Source: the human T2T-CHM13v2.0 reference genome, Homo sapiens
NCBI RefSeq assembly: GCF_009914755.1
Contig: NC_060944.1
DNA: 64,000 bases
Reading direction: 5' to 3' (one strand)
Part shown: one piece after another, positions 13,700 through 26,100 of the stretch
How positions within the stretch are numbered: position 1 is the stretch's first letter
Layout: every line of letters begins with the position of its first letter
The notes under the pieces: generated by a model
The model's database searches: none
The model's input: only the letters and a program-made list of their open reading frames with translations
What the model was told of the DNA's origin: nothing
Made by a program: the position numbers and the translations under genes

Positions 13700-15930
13700 A
13701 ATGAAATGGAATCAACCCAAGTGGAATGGAATGGAATGGAATTGAATAGAATTACCCCGAGTGAAATGGCATGGAAAGGAACGGAATAGAATTTAATGGA
13801 ATGGAATGGAATGGAATAGAATCAACATGTGTGGAATGGAATGGAATGAAATGGAATGCAATGCAATGGAATGGAACCAATAAGAGTGGAATGGATTGGA
13901 ATGGAATGGAATGAAATGAAAAGGAATGGAATCAACCCGCGTGGAATGGAATGGAATGGAATGGAATGGAATACAATGGAATGGAAGGGAATACACCAGA
14001 GTGGAATGGAATGGAATGGAATGGAATGGAATGGAGTGGAGTCAACCCCAGTGGAATGGAATGCAATGGAATGGAATGGAATGGAATGGAATGGAATGGA
14101 ATGGAATGGAATGGATTTGAGTGGAATGGTATCAACCCGAGTGGAATGGAAAAGAATGGAATGCAATGGAATGGAATGCATTGGAATGGAATGGATTGGA
14201 ATGGAATCAACCCGAGTGGAATGGAATTGAATGGAATGGAATGGAATGCAAAGGAATGCAATCAAACCGAGGGGAAAAGGGTCGAATGGAATGGAAGGGA
14301 ATGGAATGGAATAAACTGTAGTGGAATGGATTGGAATGGAATGGAGTGGAATGGAATGGAATGGAATTAAACTGATTGAAATGGAGTGGAATGGAATAGA
14401 ATGGAATGGAATGGAAAGAAACCGATTGGAATGCAGTGGACTGGAAAGAAATGGATTTGAATGCAATGGAATGGAAAGGAATGGAAAGCAATGGAATGGA
14501 ATGGAATGGAATGGAATGGAATGGAATGGAATGGAATGGAATTTAATGGAATGCAATGGAATGGAATGGAATCAACCCGAGTGGTATACAATGGAGTGGA
14601 ATGGAATGGAATGGAATGGAATCAATCCGAGTGTTATGCAAAGGAGTGGAATGGAGAGGAATGGAATGGAATCAATCCGAGTGTTATGCAAAGGAGTGGA
14701 ATGGAGAGGAATGGGATGGAATGCAGTCAACAGGAGTGGAATGGAATGGATTGTAATGGAATTTAAAGGAATGGAATGGAATCCAACCGAGTGGAATGTA
14801 ATGGAATGGAATCAACCCGAGTGGAATGGAATGGAATGGAATTGAGTGGAAACAACACGAGTGGAATGGAATGGAAAGGAATGGAATACAATGGAATGCA
14901 ATGGTATGGAATGGAGTGCAAAGGAAGAGAATGGAATGGAATGGAATGGAATTGATTGGAATGCGATGGAAAGGAATGGAAGGGAACCACCTGAAATGCA
15001 AAGGAATAGAATGGAATGCAATGGAAAGGAATGGAATGGAATGGAATCAACCCGAGTGGAACGGAATGCAAAGGAATGGAATGGAGTGGAATGGAATTGA
15101 ATGGAGAGGAACTGAATGGAATGGAATGGAATAGAGTAGAATGGAATGCAATGAAATGGAATGGCATGAAATGGAATGGAATCAATGCGAGTGTAACGCA
15201 AAGAAATGGAATGGAATGGAGTGGAATGGAATGGAATGAAAAGGAATGGAATCAATGCAAGTGTAATGGAATGGAATGGAAATGGAGTGGAGTGGAATAG
15301 AATGGAATGGAATGGAATGGAGTGGAATAAACTGGAATGGAATGGAATGGAACAGAATGGAATGGAATTGAATGGAATGGAATCAACTAGAATGGAAAGG
15401 AATGGAATGGAATGGAATGCAATGGAATGGACTGGAATGGAATCAACCCGTGTGGAATGTAATGCAAAGGAATGGAATGGAATGGAATGGAATCAACAAA
15501 AGTGTAATGGAAGGGAATGGAATAGAATGGAATGGAAACCAATGCAGTCAACACGAATGGAATCGAATGGAGTGGAATCTAATGGAATGGAGTGGAATGG
15601 AATGGAATGGAATGGAATGGAATGGGATAGAAAGGAATCAAACCGAGGGGAGTGGAATGAAATTGAATGTAATGGAATAGAATAAATTGGAATGGAAAGG
15701 AATGGAATGGAACGGAATGGAATCAACCAGAGTGGAATGGAATTGAATGGAATGGAATGGAATGGAATCAACCCGAGTGGAATGGAATTGAATGGAATGG
15801 AATGGAATGGAATCAACCCGAGTGGAATGGAATGGAATGGAATTGAATGGAATTAACCCGAGTGAAATGGAATGGAAAGGAACGGAATAGAATTTAATGG
15901 AATGGAATGGAATGGAATGGAATGGAATGG
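13700..15930 (+). repeat. Diverged duplicate of ~9880-12150 segment (offset ~3.7 kb)
   Basis: ORFs match at 10411/14121, 11286/15016 and 11461/15206. Shared markers include attaaactgattgaaatgg, gtgttatgcaaagg and accacctgaaatgc. Confidence 0.8.
14611..14714 (+). repeat. 50 bp perfect local tandem duplication
   Basis: The sequence atcaatccgagtgttatgcaaaggagtggaatggagaggaatgg occurs at 14621 and again at 14671. It is single-copy in the paralogs at ~10936 and ~31555. Confidence 0.9.
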
Positions 15931-16900
15931 AATGGAATGGAATGGAATTGATTGGAATGCGATGGAAAGGAATGGAACGAACCACCTGAAATGCAAAGGA
16001 AAAGAATGGAATGCAATGGAATGGAATGGAATGGAATGGAATCAACCCGAGTGGAACGGATGGAAAGGAACAGAATGGAGTTGAATGAAATTGAATGGAA
16101 AGGAACTCAATGGAATGGAATGGAATAGAGTGGAATGGAATGGCATGAAATGGAATGGAATCAATGCGAGTGTAATGCAATGGAATGGAATGGAATGGAG
16201 TGGAATGGAATGGAATGAAAAGGAATGGAATCAATGCAAGTGTAATGGAATGGAATATAATGGAGTGGAATAGAATGGAATGGAATGGAATGGAGTGGAA
16301 TAAACTGGAATGGAATGGAATGGAACAGAATGGAATGGAATTGAATGGAATGGAATCAACTAGAATGGAAAGGAATGGAATGGAATGGAATGCAATGGAA
16401 TGGACTGGAATGGAATCAACCCGTGTGGAATGTAATGCAAAGGAATGGAATGGAATGGAATGGAATCAACAAAAGTGTAATGGAAGGGAATGGAATAGAA
16501 TGGAATGGAAAGCAATGCAGTCAACACGAAGGGAATCGAATGGAGTGGAATCTAATGGAACGGAATAGAATGGAATGGAATGGAATGGAATGGAATGGAA
16601 TGGAATGGAATGGAATGGGATAGAATGGAATCAAACCGAGGGGAGTGGAATGGAATTGATGGTAATGGAATGGAATAAATTGGAATGGAAAAGAATGGAA
16701 TGGAACGGAATGGAATCAACCAGAGTGCAATGGAATTGAATGGAATGGAATGGAATGGAATCAACCCGAGTGGAATGGAATTGAATGGAATGGAATGGAA
16801 TGGAATCAACTTGAGTGGAATGGAATGGAATGGAATTGAATGGAATTAACCCGAGTGAAATGGAATAGAAAGGAACGGAATGGAATTTAATGGAATGGAA
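14945..16900 (+). repeat. Adjacent ~1 kb diverged direct repeat pair (14945-15940 / 15945-16900)
   Basis: The marker accacctgaaatgc occurs at ~14986 and ~15981. ORFs match at 15206/16185 and 15372/16345. Confidence 0.78.
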
Positions 16901-19494
16901 AGGAATGGAATGGAATGGAATAGAATGGAATGGAATGCAAAGGAATGGAAAGGAATGGAATGGAATGGAATTGAATGGAGTCAATGCAAGTGTAATTGAA
17001 TGGAATGGAATGGAATGGAATGGAATCAACAAAAGTGGAATGGAAGGGAATGGAATAGAATGGAATGGAATGGAATGGAAAGCAATGGAGTCAATGCGAA
17101 TGGAATCGAATAGAATGGAAAGCAAAGGAATGGAATGGAATGGAATGCAATGGAATGGAATGGGATGGGATGGAATGGAAACAAACCGAGTGGAGTGGAA
17201 TGGAATTGAATGGAATGGAATGGAATTAATTGGAATGGAAAGGAATGGAATAGAATGGAATGGAATGGAATGGAATGGAATGGAATGGAATGGAATGGTA
17301 TCAACCCGAGTGGAATGGAAAAGAATGGAATGCAATGGAATGGAATGCATTGCAATGCAATGGATTGGAATGGAATCAACCCGAGTGGAATGGAATTGAA
17401 TGGAATGGAATGGAATGCAAAGGAATGCAATTAAACCGAGTGGAAAAGAGTCGAATGGAATGGAAGGGAATGGAATGGAATAAACTGGAGTGGAATGGAT
17501 TGGAATGGAATGGAGTGGAGTGGAATGGAATGGAATGGAATGGAATGGAATGGAATGGAATTAAACCGATTGAAATGGAGTGGAATGGAATAGAATGGAA
17601 TGGAATGGAAAGAAACCGATTGGAACGCAGTGGACTGGAAAGAAATGGAATTGAATGCAATGGAATTGAAAGGAATGGAAAGCAATGGAATGGAATGGAA
17701 TGGAATGGAATTTAATGGAATGGAATGGAATGGAATGGAATGGAATGGAATGGAATCAACCCGAGTGGTATGCAATGGAGTGGAATGGAATGGAATGGAA
17801 TGGAATGGAAAGGAATGGACTGGAATGGAATAAATTGCAGTGGAATGGTATGGAATGCAAAGTAATATAATGAAAATGAGTGGAATCCACCAAAATGGAA
17901 AGGAAAGGAATGGAATGGAATGGAATGAATGGAAGGATTGGAAAGGAATCAACCCGAGTGGAATGGAAAGGAATGGAATGGAATGGAATGGAATGGAATG
18001 GAATGGAATGGAATGGAATGGATTGGAATGGAATCACACCATCTGGAATGGAAAGAATGGAATGGAATGGAAAGCAATGGCATGGAATGGAATGGAAAGG
18101 AATCGAATGGAATGGAATCAACCAGGTTGAAATGTAAAGGAATGAAATGGAATGGAATGGAATGGAATGCAATGAAATGGAATGGAATGGAATGAAATGG
18201 ATTGGAATCAACCAGCGTGGAATGTAGTGCATTCGAATGGAATGGAATCAACAGGATAGGAATGGAATGAAATGGAATGGAATGCAATGGAACTGAATGG
18301 AAAGGAATGGAGTCAATCTTACTGGAATGGAAGGGAATGGAATGGAAAGGAATGGAATGGAATGGAATGCAATGGAATCAACCCGACTGGACTGGAATGG
18401 AATGGAATGGAATGGAATGGAATGAAATGGAGTCAAACCGACTGGAATGGAATGGAATGGATTGGAATGGAATGGAATGGAATCAACTCGAATGGAATGG
18501 AATGGAATGGAATGGAATGGAATGGAATGGAATCCACCCACGTGGAATGGAATGGATTGGAATGGATTTTAATGAATGGAATGGAATGGAATGGACTTCA
18601 CACGAGTGCAACGGAATGGAATGGAATGGAATGGAACCAACCCGAGTAGAATGGAATGGAATGGAAATTAATGGAATGGAATGGAATGCAATCAACCCGA
18701 GGGAATGGAATGGAATGCAATGAAATGGTTTGGAATGGTGTGGAATGGAATGGAATGGAATGCAATGGAATGGAATCAAAGCGAGTGGAATGGAATGGAA
18801 TGAAATGGAATGGAATGGAATCAACACGACTGGAATGGAAGGGAATGGAATGGGATGGGATGGAATGGAATGGAATGCAATGCAATGGAATCAACCCGAG
18901 TAGAATTGAAAGGAATGGAATGGAATGGAATGGAATGCAATGTAATCCACCCGATTAGAATGGAAAGGAATGGCATGGAATGGAATGGAATGGAATGGAA
19001 TGGAATGGAATGGAATGCAAGGGCATGGAATGGAATGGAGTCAACTGGAATGGAATGGAATGGAATGGAATCAAACCGAGTGGAATGGAATGGAATGGAA
19101 TGAAATCAACCCGAGTGGAATGGAATGGAATGGAATGGAATGGAATAGAGTGGAATCAACACGAGTGGAATGTAATCGAAAGGAATGGAATGAAGTGGAA
19201 TGGAATTGGTTGGAATGCGATGGAAAGGAATGGAAAGAACAACCTGAAATGCAAAGGAATAGAATGGAATGCTATGGAATGGAATGGAATGGAATGGAAT
19301 CAACCCGAGTGGAACGGAATGTAAAGGAACGGAATGGAATGGAATGGAATTGAATGGAAAGGTACTGAATGGAATGGAATGGAATAGAGTGGAATGGAAT
19401 GGCATAAATGGAATACAATCAATACGAGTGTAATGCAATGGAATGGAATGGAATCGAGTGGAATGGAATGGAATGGAATTGCATGGAATGGAGT

Positions 19495-19790
19495 CAACTA
19501 GAATGGAAAGGAATGGAATGGAATAGAATGCAATGGAATGGACTGGAATGGAATCAACCAGTGTGGAATGTAATGCAAAGGAACGGAATGGAATGGAATG
19601 GAATCAACAAAAGTGTAATGGAAGGGAATGGAATTTCATGGAATGGAATCAACTAGAATGGAAAGGAATGGAATGGAATAGAATGCAATGGAATGGAATG
19701 GAATGGAATCAACCCGTGTGGAATGTAATGCAAAGGAATGGAATGGAATGGAATGGAATCAACAAAAGTGTAATGGAAGGGAATGGAATA
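19495..19790 (+). repeat. 155 bp local tandem duplication
   Basis: The block caactagaatggaaagg...gtgtggaatgtaatgcaaagg...caacaaaagtgtaatggaaggg starts at 19495 and again at 19650, with a few substitutions between copies. Confidence 0.85.
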
Positions 19791-20939
19791 GAATGGAATG
19801 GAAAGCAATGCAGTCAAGACGAATGGAATCGAATGGAGTGGAATCTAAAGGAATGGAATGGAATGGAATGGAATGGAATGGAATGGAATGGAATGAGATA
19901 GATTGGAATCAAACCGAGGGGAGTGGAAAGGAATTGAATGTAATGGAATGGAATAAATTGGAATGGAAAGGAATGGAATGGAACGGAATGGAATCAACCA
20001 GAGTGGAATGGAATTGAATGGAATGGAATGGAATGGAATCAACCCGAGTGGAATGGAATTGAATGGAATGGAATGGAATGGAATGGAATCAACCCGAGTG
20101 GAAAGGAATGGAATGGAATTGAATGGAATTAACCCGAGTGAAATGGAATGGAAAGGAACGGAATGGAATTTAATGGAATGGAATGGAATGCAAAGAATGG
20201 AAAGGAATGGAATGGAATGGAATGGAATGGAGTCAATGCAAGTGTAATTGAATGGAATGGAATGGAATGGAATGGAATGGAATGGAATAGAATGGAATGG
20301 AGAGGAATGGAATGGAATTGATTTGAATGGAATGGAATCAACTGGAATGGAATGGAATGGAATGAAATGGAATCAACTAGAACGGAAAGGAATGGAATGG
20401 AATGGAATGCAGTGGAATGGAATGGAATGGAATCAACCCGTGTGGAATGTAATGCAAAAGAATGGAATGGAATGGAACGGAATCAACAAAAGTGGAATGG
20501 AAGGCAATGGAATAGAATGGAATGGAATGGAATGGAATGGAAAGCATTGGAGTCAACACGAATGGAATCGAATAGAATGCAAAGCAAAGGAATGGAATGG
20601 AAGGCAATGGAATGGAATGGGATGGGATGGAATTGAAACAAACCGAGTGGAGTGGAATGGAATTGAATGGAATGGAATGGAATAAACTGGAATGGAAAGG
20701 AATGGAATGGAGTGGAATGGAATGGAATGGAATGGAATGGAATGGAATGGAATCAAACTGAGTGGAATGGAATTGAATGGAATGGAAGGGAATACAATGG
20801 AAAGCAATGGAATGGAAAGGAATGGAATAGAATGGAATGGAAAGGAATGCATTGGAGTGGAATGGAATGGAATGGAATGGAATCAACCCGAGTGGAATGG
20901 AATGGAATGGAATGGAAAGGAATGGAATAGAATCAACCC

Positions 20940-23125
20940 AAGTAGAATGGAATGGTAAGGAATGAAATGGAATGGTATGGAATGGAATGGAATGGAATGC
21001 AATGGAAAGGAATGCAATGGAATCAAAACGAGTGGAATGGAATGGAATGGAAAGGAATGGAATGGAATTCAATAGAATCAACGAGAGTGGAATGGAATGC
21101 AAAGGAATTGAATGGAATGGAATGGAATGGAATGGAATGGAATGGAATGGAATGAAATGGATTGGAATCAACCCGCGTGGAATGTAGTGGATTCGAATGG
21201 AATGGAATCAACCCGATAGGAATGGAATGAAATGGAATGGAATGCAATGGAATTGAATGGAAAGGATTGGAGTCAACCCTACAGGAATGGAAGGGAATGG
21301 AATGGAAAGGAATGGAATGGAATGGAATGCAATGGAATCAACCCGACTGGACTGGAATGGAATGGAATGGAATGGAATGGAATGGAATGGAATGGAGTCA
21401 AACCGACTGGAACGGAATGGAATGGAGTGGAATGGAATGGAATGGAATGGAATCAAATCGAATGGAATGGAATGGAATGGAATGGATTCAATGTGAGAGG
21501 AATGGAATGGAATGGAGTGGAATGGAATGGAACGAAATGTAATAGAATGGAACGGAATGCAATGGAAAGGATTGAAATGGAATGGAAAGGAATAAAATCA
21601 AGTGAAATTGGATGGAATGGATTGGAATGGAATGGAGTGGAATGGAATGGAATGGAATGGAATGGACTTCACACGAGTGCAACGGAATGGAATGGAATGG
21701 AACCAACCTGAGTGGAATGGAATGGAATGGAAATTAATGGAATGGAATGGAATGGAATCAACCCGAGTGGAATGGAATGGAATGCAATGGAATGGTTTGG
21801 AATTGTGTGGAATGGAATGGAATGGAATGCAATGGAATGGAATCAAAGCGAGTGGAATGGAATGGAATGAAATGGAATGGAATGGAATCAACACGAGTGG
21901 AATGGAATGGAATGGAATGGGATGGGATGGAATGGAATGGAATGCAATGCAATGTAATCAACACGAGTAGAATGGAAAGGAATGGAATGGAATGGAATGG
22001 AATGCATTGGAATCCACCCGATTAGAATGGAAAGGAACAGCATGGAATGGAATGGAATGGAATGGAATGGAATGGAATGGAATGGAATGGAAAGGAATGC
22101 AAGGGCATGGAATGGAATGGAGTCAACAGGAATGGAATGGAATGGAATGGAACCAACACGAGTGGAATGAAATGGAAAGGAGCGGAATGGACAGGAAAGG
22201 AATGGAAAGGAACTGAATGTAATGGAATCGAATGGAGTGGAATTGAATGGAATGGAATGGAATCAATGTGAGTGAAATGGAATGGAATGGAACGGAATGG
22301 AGGGGAATGGAATGGAATGGAATGGAATGCAATGGAGTCAATGCGAGTGCAATGGAATGGAATGGAATGGAATGGAGTAAATAAAATGGAATTTATTTGA
22401 ATGGAATGGGATAAACGGGAATGGAATGGAATAGAATGGAATGGAATGGAATGGAATGGAATGGAATGGTATGGAATGGAATGCCATGAAATGGAATGGA
22501 ATGGAATGGAATTAACAAGAATGGAAAGGAATGGAATGGAATGGAATGGAATGGAATGGAATGGAATGGAATGAAGAGGAGGCAAACCGAGTGGAATGGA
22601 ATCGATTGCAATGGAATAGAAAGGAATGGAATGGAACGGAATGGAATGCAACGGAATGGAGTGGAATGGAATGGAATGGAATGGAATGGAATGGAATCAA
22701 TGCAAGTGTAATTGAATGGAATGGAATGGAATGGAATGGAATGGAATGGAATGGAATGGAGTGGATTTGATTGGAATTGATTGGAATTGATATGAATGGA
22801 ATGGAATCAACTGGAATGGAACGGAATGGAATGGAATGGAATGGAATGGAATGGAATGGAATCAACTAGAATGGAAAGGAATGGAATGGAATGCAATGGA
22901 ATGGAATTGAATGGAATGGAATCAACCCTTGTGAAATGTAACGCAAAGCAATGGAATGGAATGGAATGGAATGGAATGGAATGGAATGGAATGGAATGGA
23001 ATCAATAAAAGTGGAATGGAATGGAATGGAATACAACGGAATGGAATGGAATGGAATGGAATGGAATGGAATGGAATGGAATGGAATGGAATACTCCGGA
23101 GTGGAATGGAATGGAATGGAATGCA
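20940..23125 (+). repeat. Duplicate of ~6160-8300 segment
   Basis: ORFs match at 6456/21232, 6667/21488, 6777/21598 and 7322/22123 (offset ~14.8 kb). Shared markers include caaccctacagg, caacccttgtgaaatgtaacgc and gagaggaggcaaacc-like motifs. Confidence 0.85.
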
Positions 23126-26100
23126 ATGGAATCAACCCGAATGGACTGGAATGGAATGGAATGGAATGGAATGAAATGGAGTCAAACGGACTGGAATGGA
23201 ATGGAATGGAATGGAATGGAATGGAATCAACTCGAATGGAATGGAATGGAATGGAATGGAATGGATTCAAGGTGAGAGGAATGGAATGGAATGGAGGGGA
23301 ATGGACTGGAAAGAAATGGAATAGAATGGAATGTAATGCAATGGAATGGATTGAAACGGAATGGAAAGGAATAAAATCAACTGAAATTGGATGGAATGGA
23401 TTGGAATGGAATGGAATGGAAAGGAATGGAATGGAATGGAATGGAATGGAATGGAATCCACCCAAGTGGAATGGAATGGATTGGAATGGATTGGAATGGA
23501 ATGGAATGGAATGGAATGGACTTCACACGATTGCAACAGAATGGAATGGAATGGAACCAACCCGAGTGGATTTCAATGGAATGGAAATTAATGGAAAGGA
23601 ATGGAATGGAATCAACCCGAGTGGAATGGAATGGAATGGAAGGATTCGAATGGAAAAGAATGAAATGTAATGAAATCAAACCGAGTGGAATGGAATGGAA
23701 TGGAATGCGATGGAATAGAATGGAATGGACTGGATTGGATTCAATCTGAGTGGAATGGAATGGAATGGAATGGAGTGGAATGGAATACACCAGAATGGAA
23801 TGGAATAGAGTGGAATGAAATGGAGTGGAATCAACCCCAGTGGAATGGAATGGAATGGAATGGAATGGAATGGAATGGAATAGAATGGAATGGAATGGCA
23901 TGGAATGAAATGGAATGGAATGGAATCGAATGGATTGGAATCAAATGGAGAGAATGGAATGGAATTGAATGGAATGGAATGAAATGGAATGGAATGGAAT
24001 GGAATGGAATGAAATCAATCCGAGTGCAATGGAATGGAATAGAATGGGATGGAATTGAACGGAATGGAGTGGATTGGAATCAATCTGAGTGGAATGGAAA
24101 GGAATGGAATTGAAGACAATGGAATGGAATGGAATGGAATGGAATGGAATGCAATGGAATGCAATGGAATGGAAAGGAATGCAAGGACACGGAATGGAAT
24201 GGAGTCAACTGGAATGGAAGGGAACGGAATGGATTAGAATGGAATCAACACTAGTGGAATGAAATGGAAAGGAACGGAATGGAAAGGAATGGAATGGAAA
24301 GGAACTGAATGTAATGGAATGGAATGGAGTGGAATGGAATCAATGTGAGTGAAAAGGAATGGAATGGAACGGAATGGAGTGGAATGGAATGGAATGGAAT
24401 GGAATGGAATGGAATGGAATGGAATGGAATCAACGCGAGTGTAATGGAATGGAATGGAATGGAGTAAATAGAATGGAATTGATTTGAATAGAATGGAATC
24501 AACTGGCATGTAATGAAATGGAATGGAATGGAATGCCATGGAATGGAATGGAATGGAATCAACAAGAATGAAAAGGAATGGAATGGAATGGAATGGAGTT
24601 GAGACAAACCGAGTGGAATGGAATGGAATGGAATGGAATGGAATGGAATCAACCCGAGTGGAATGGAATGGAATGGAATGGAATGGAATGGAATGGAATG
24701 GAATGGAATGGAATGCAATGCAATGCAATGGAGTGGAGTGGAGTGGAGTGGAATGGAATGGAATGGAATGGAATGGAATGGAATCAATGCAAGTGAAATT
24801 AAATGGAATAGAATGGAATGGAATGTAATGGAGTGAAATGGAATGGAATTGATATGAATGGAATGGAATCACCCAGAGTTTAATGGAATGGAATGGAATG
24901 GAATGGAATGGCATCAACCCACCTGCAATGGAATGCAATGGATTTGAATGGAATTGCCCCGAGTGAAATTGAATGGAAAGGAACGGAATAGAATTTAATG
25001 GAATGGAATGGAATGAAATGGAATCAACCCGAGTGGAATGGAATGGATTGGAAAGGAATGGAATGGAATGGAACAAATAAGAGTGGAATGGATTGGAATG
25101 GAATGAAATGGAAAGAAACAAAATGGAATCAACACGAGTGGAATGGAAAGGAGTGGAATGGAATGGAGCGGAATGGAATGGAATGGAGTGGAATCAACCC
25201 AAGTGGAATGGAATGGAATAGAATGGAATGGAATGGAATAGAATGGAATGGAATGGAATGGAATTTAATGGATTGGAATCAATCCGAGTGGAATGGAATG
25301 GAATGGAATGGAATGGAATGGAATGGAATGGAACGGAATGAAATCAAACCGAGAGGAATGGAATGGAATGGAATGGCATGGAATAGAATGGAATGGAGTG
25401 GATTAGAATCAATCTGAGTGGAAAGGAAAGGAATGGAAAGGAATGGAATGGAATGGAATGGAATGGAATGGAATGGAATGGAATGCAAAGGAATGGAAAG
25501 AAATGGAATGTAATGGAATGGAATGAGGTCAATGCAAGTGTAATTGAATGGAATGGAATGAAATGGAATGGAATGGAATGGAATGGAGAGGAATGGAATG
25601 GAATTGATTTGAATGGAATGGAATCAACTGGAATGGAATGCAATGGAATGGAATGAAATGGAATGGAATGGAATCAACTAGAATGGAAAGGAATGGAATG
25701 GAATGGAATGCAGTGGAATGGAATGGAATGGAATCAACCCGTGTGGAATGTAATGCAAAGGAATGGAAGAATGGAATGGAATCAACGAAAGTGGAATGGA
25801 AGGGAATAGAATAGAATGGAATGGAAAGCAATGGAGTCAACACGAACGGAATCGAATAGAATGGAATTCAAAGAATGGAATGGAATGGAATGCAATGGAA
25901 TGGAATGGGATGGGATGGAATGGAAACAAACCGAGTGGAGTGAATGGAATTGAATGGAATGGAATGGAATAAATTGGAATGGAAAGGAATGGAATGGAAT
26001 GGAATGGAATGGAATGGAATGGAATGGAATGGAATGGAATCAACCCGAGTGGAATGTAATATAATGGAATGGAATGGAATAGAATCAACCCAAGAAGAAT

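Noticed and set aside
9880-15930. ~3.7 kb offset suggesting the Y-chromosome DYZ1 3.6 kb unit
   Set aside because: The offset is not sustained across the window, and the array lacks the homogeneous tandem period of DYZ1. Chromosome and subfamily are left unassigned.
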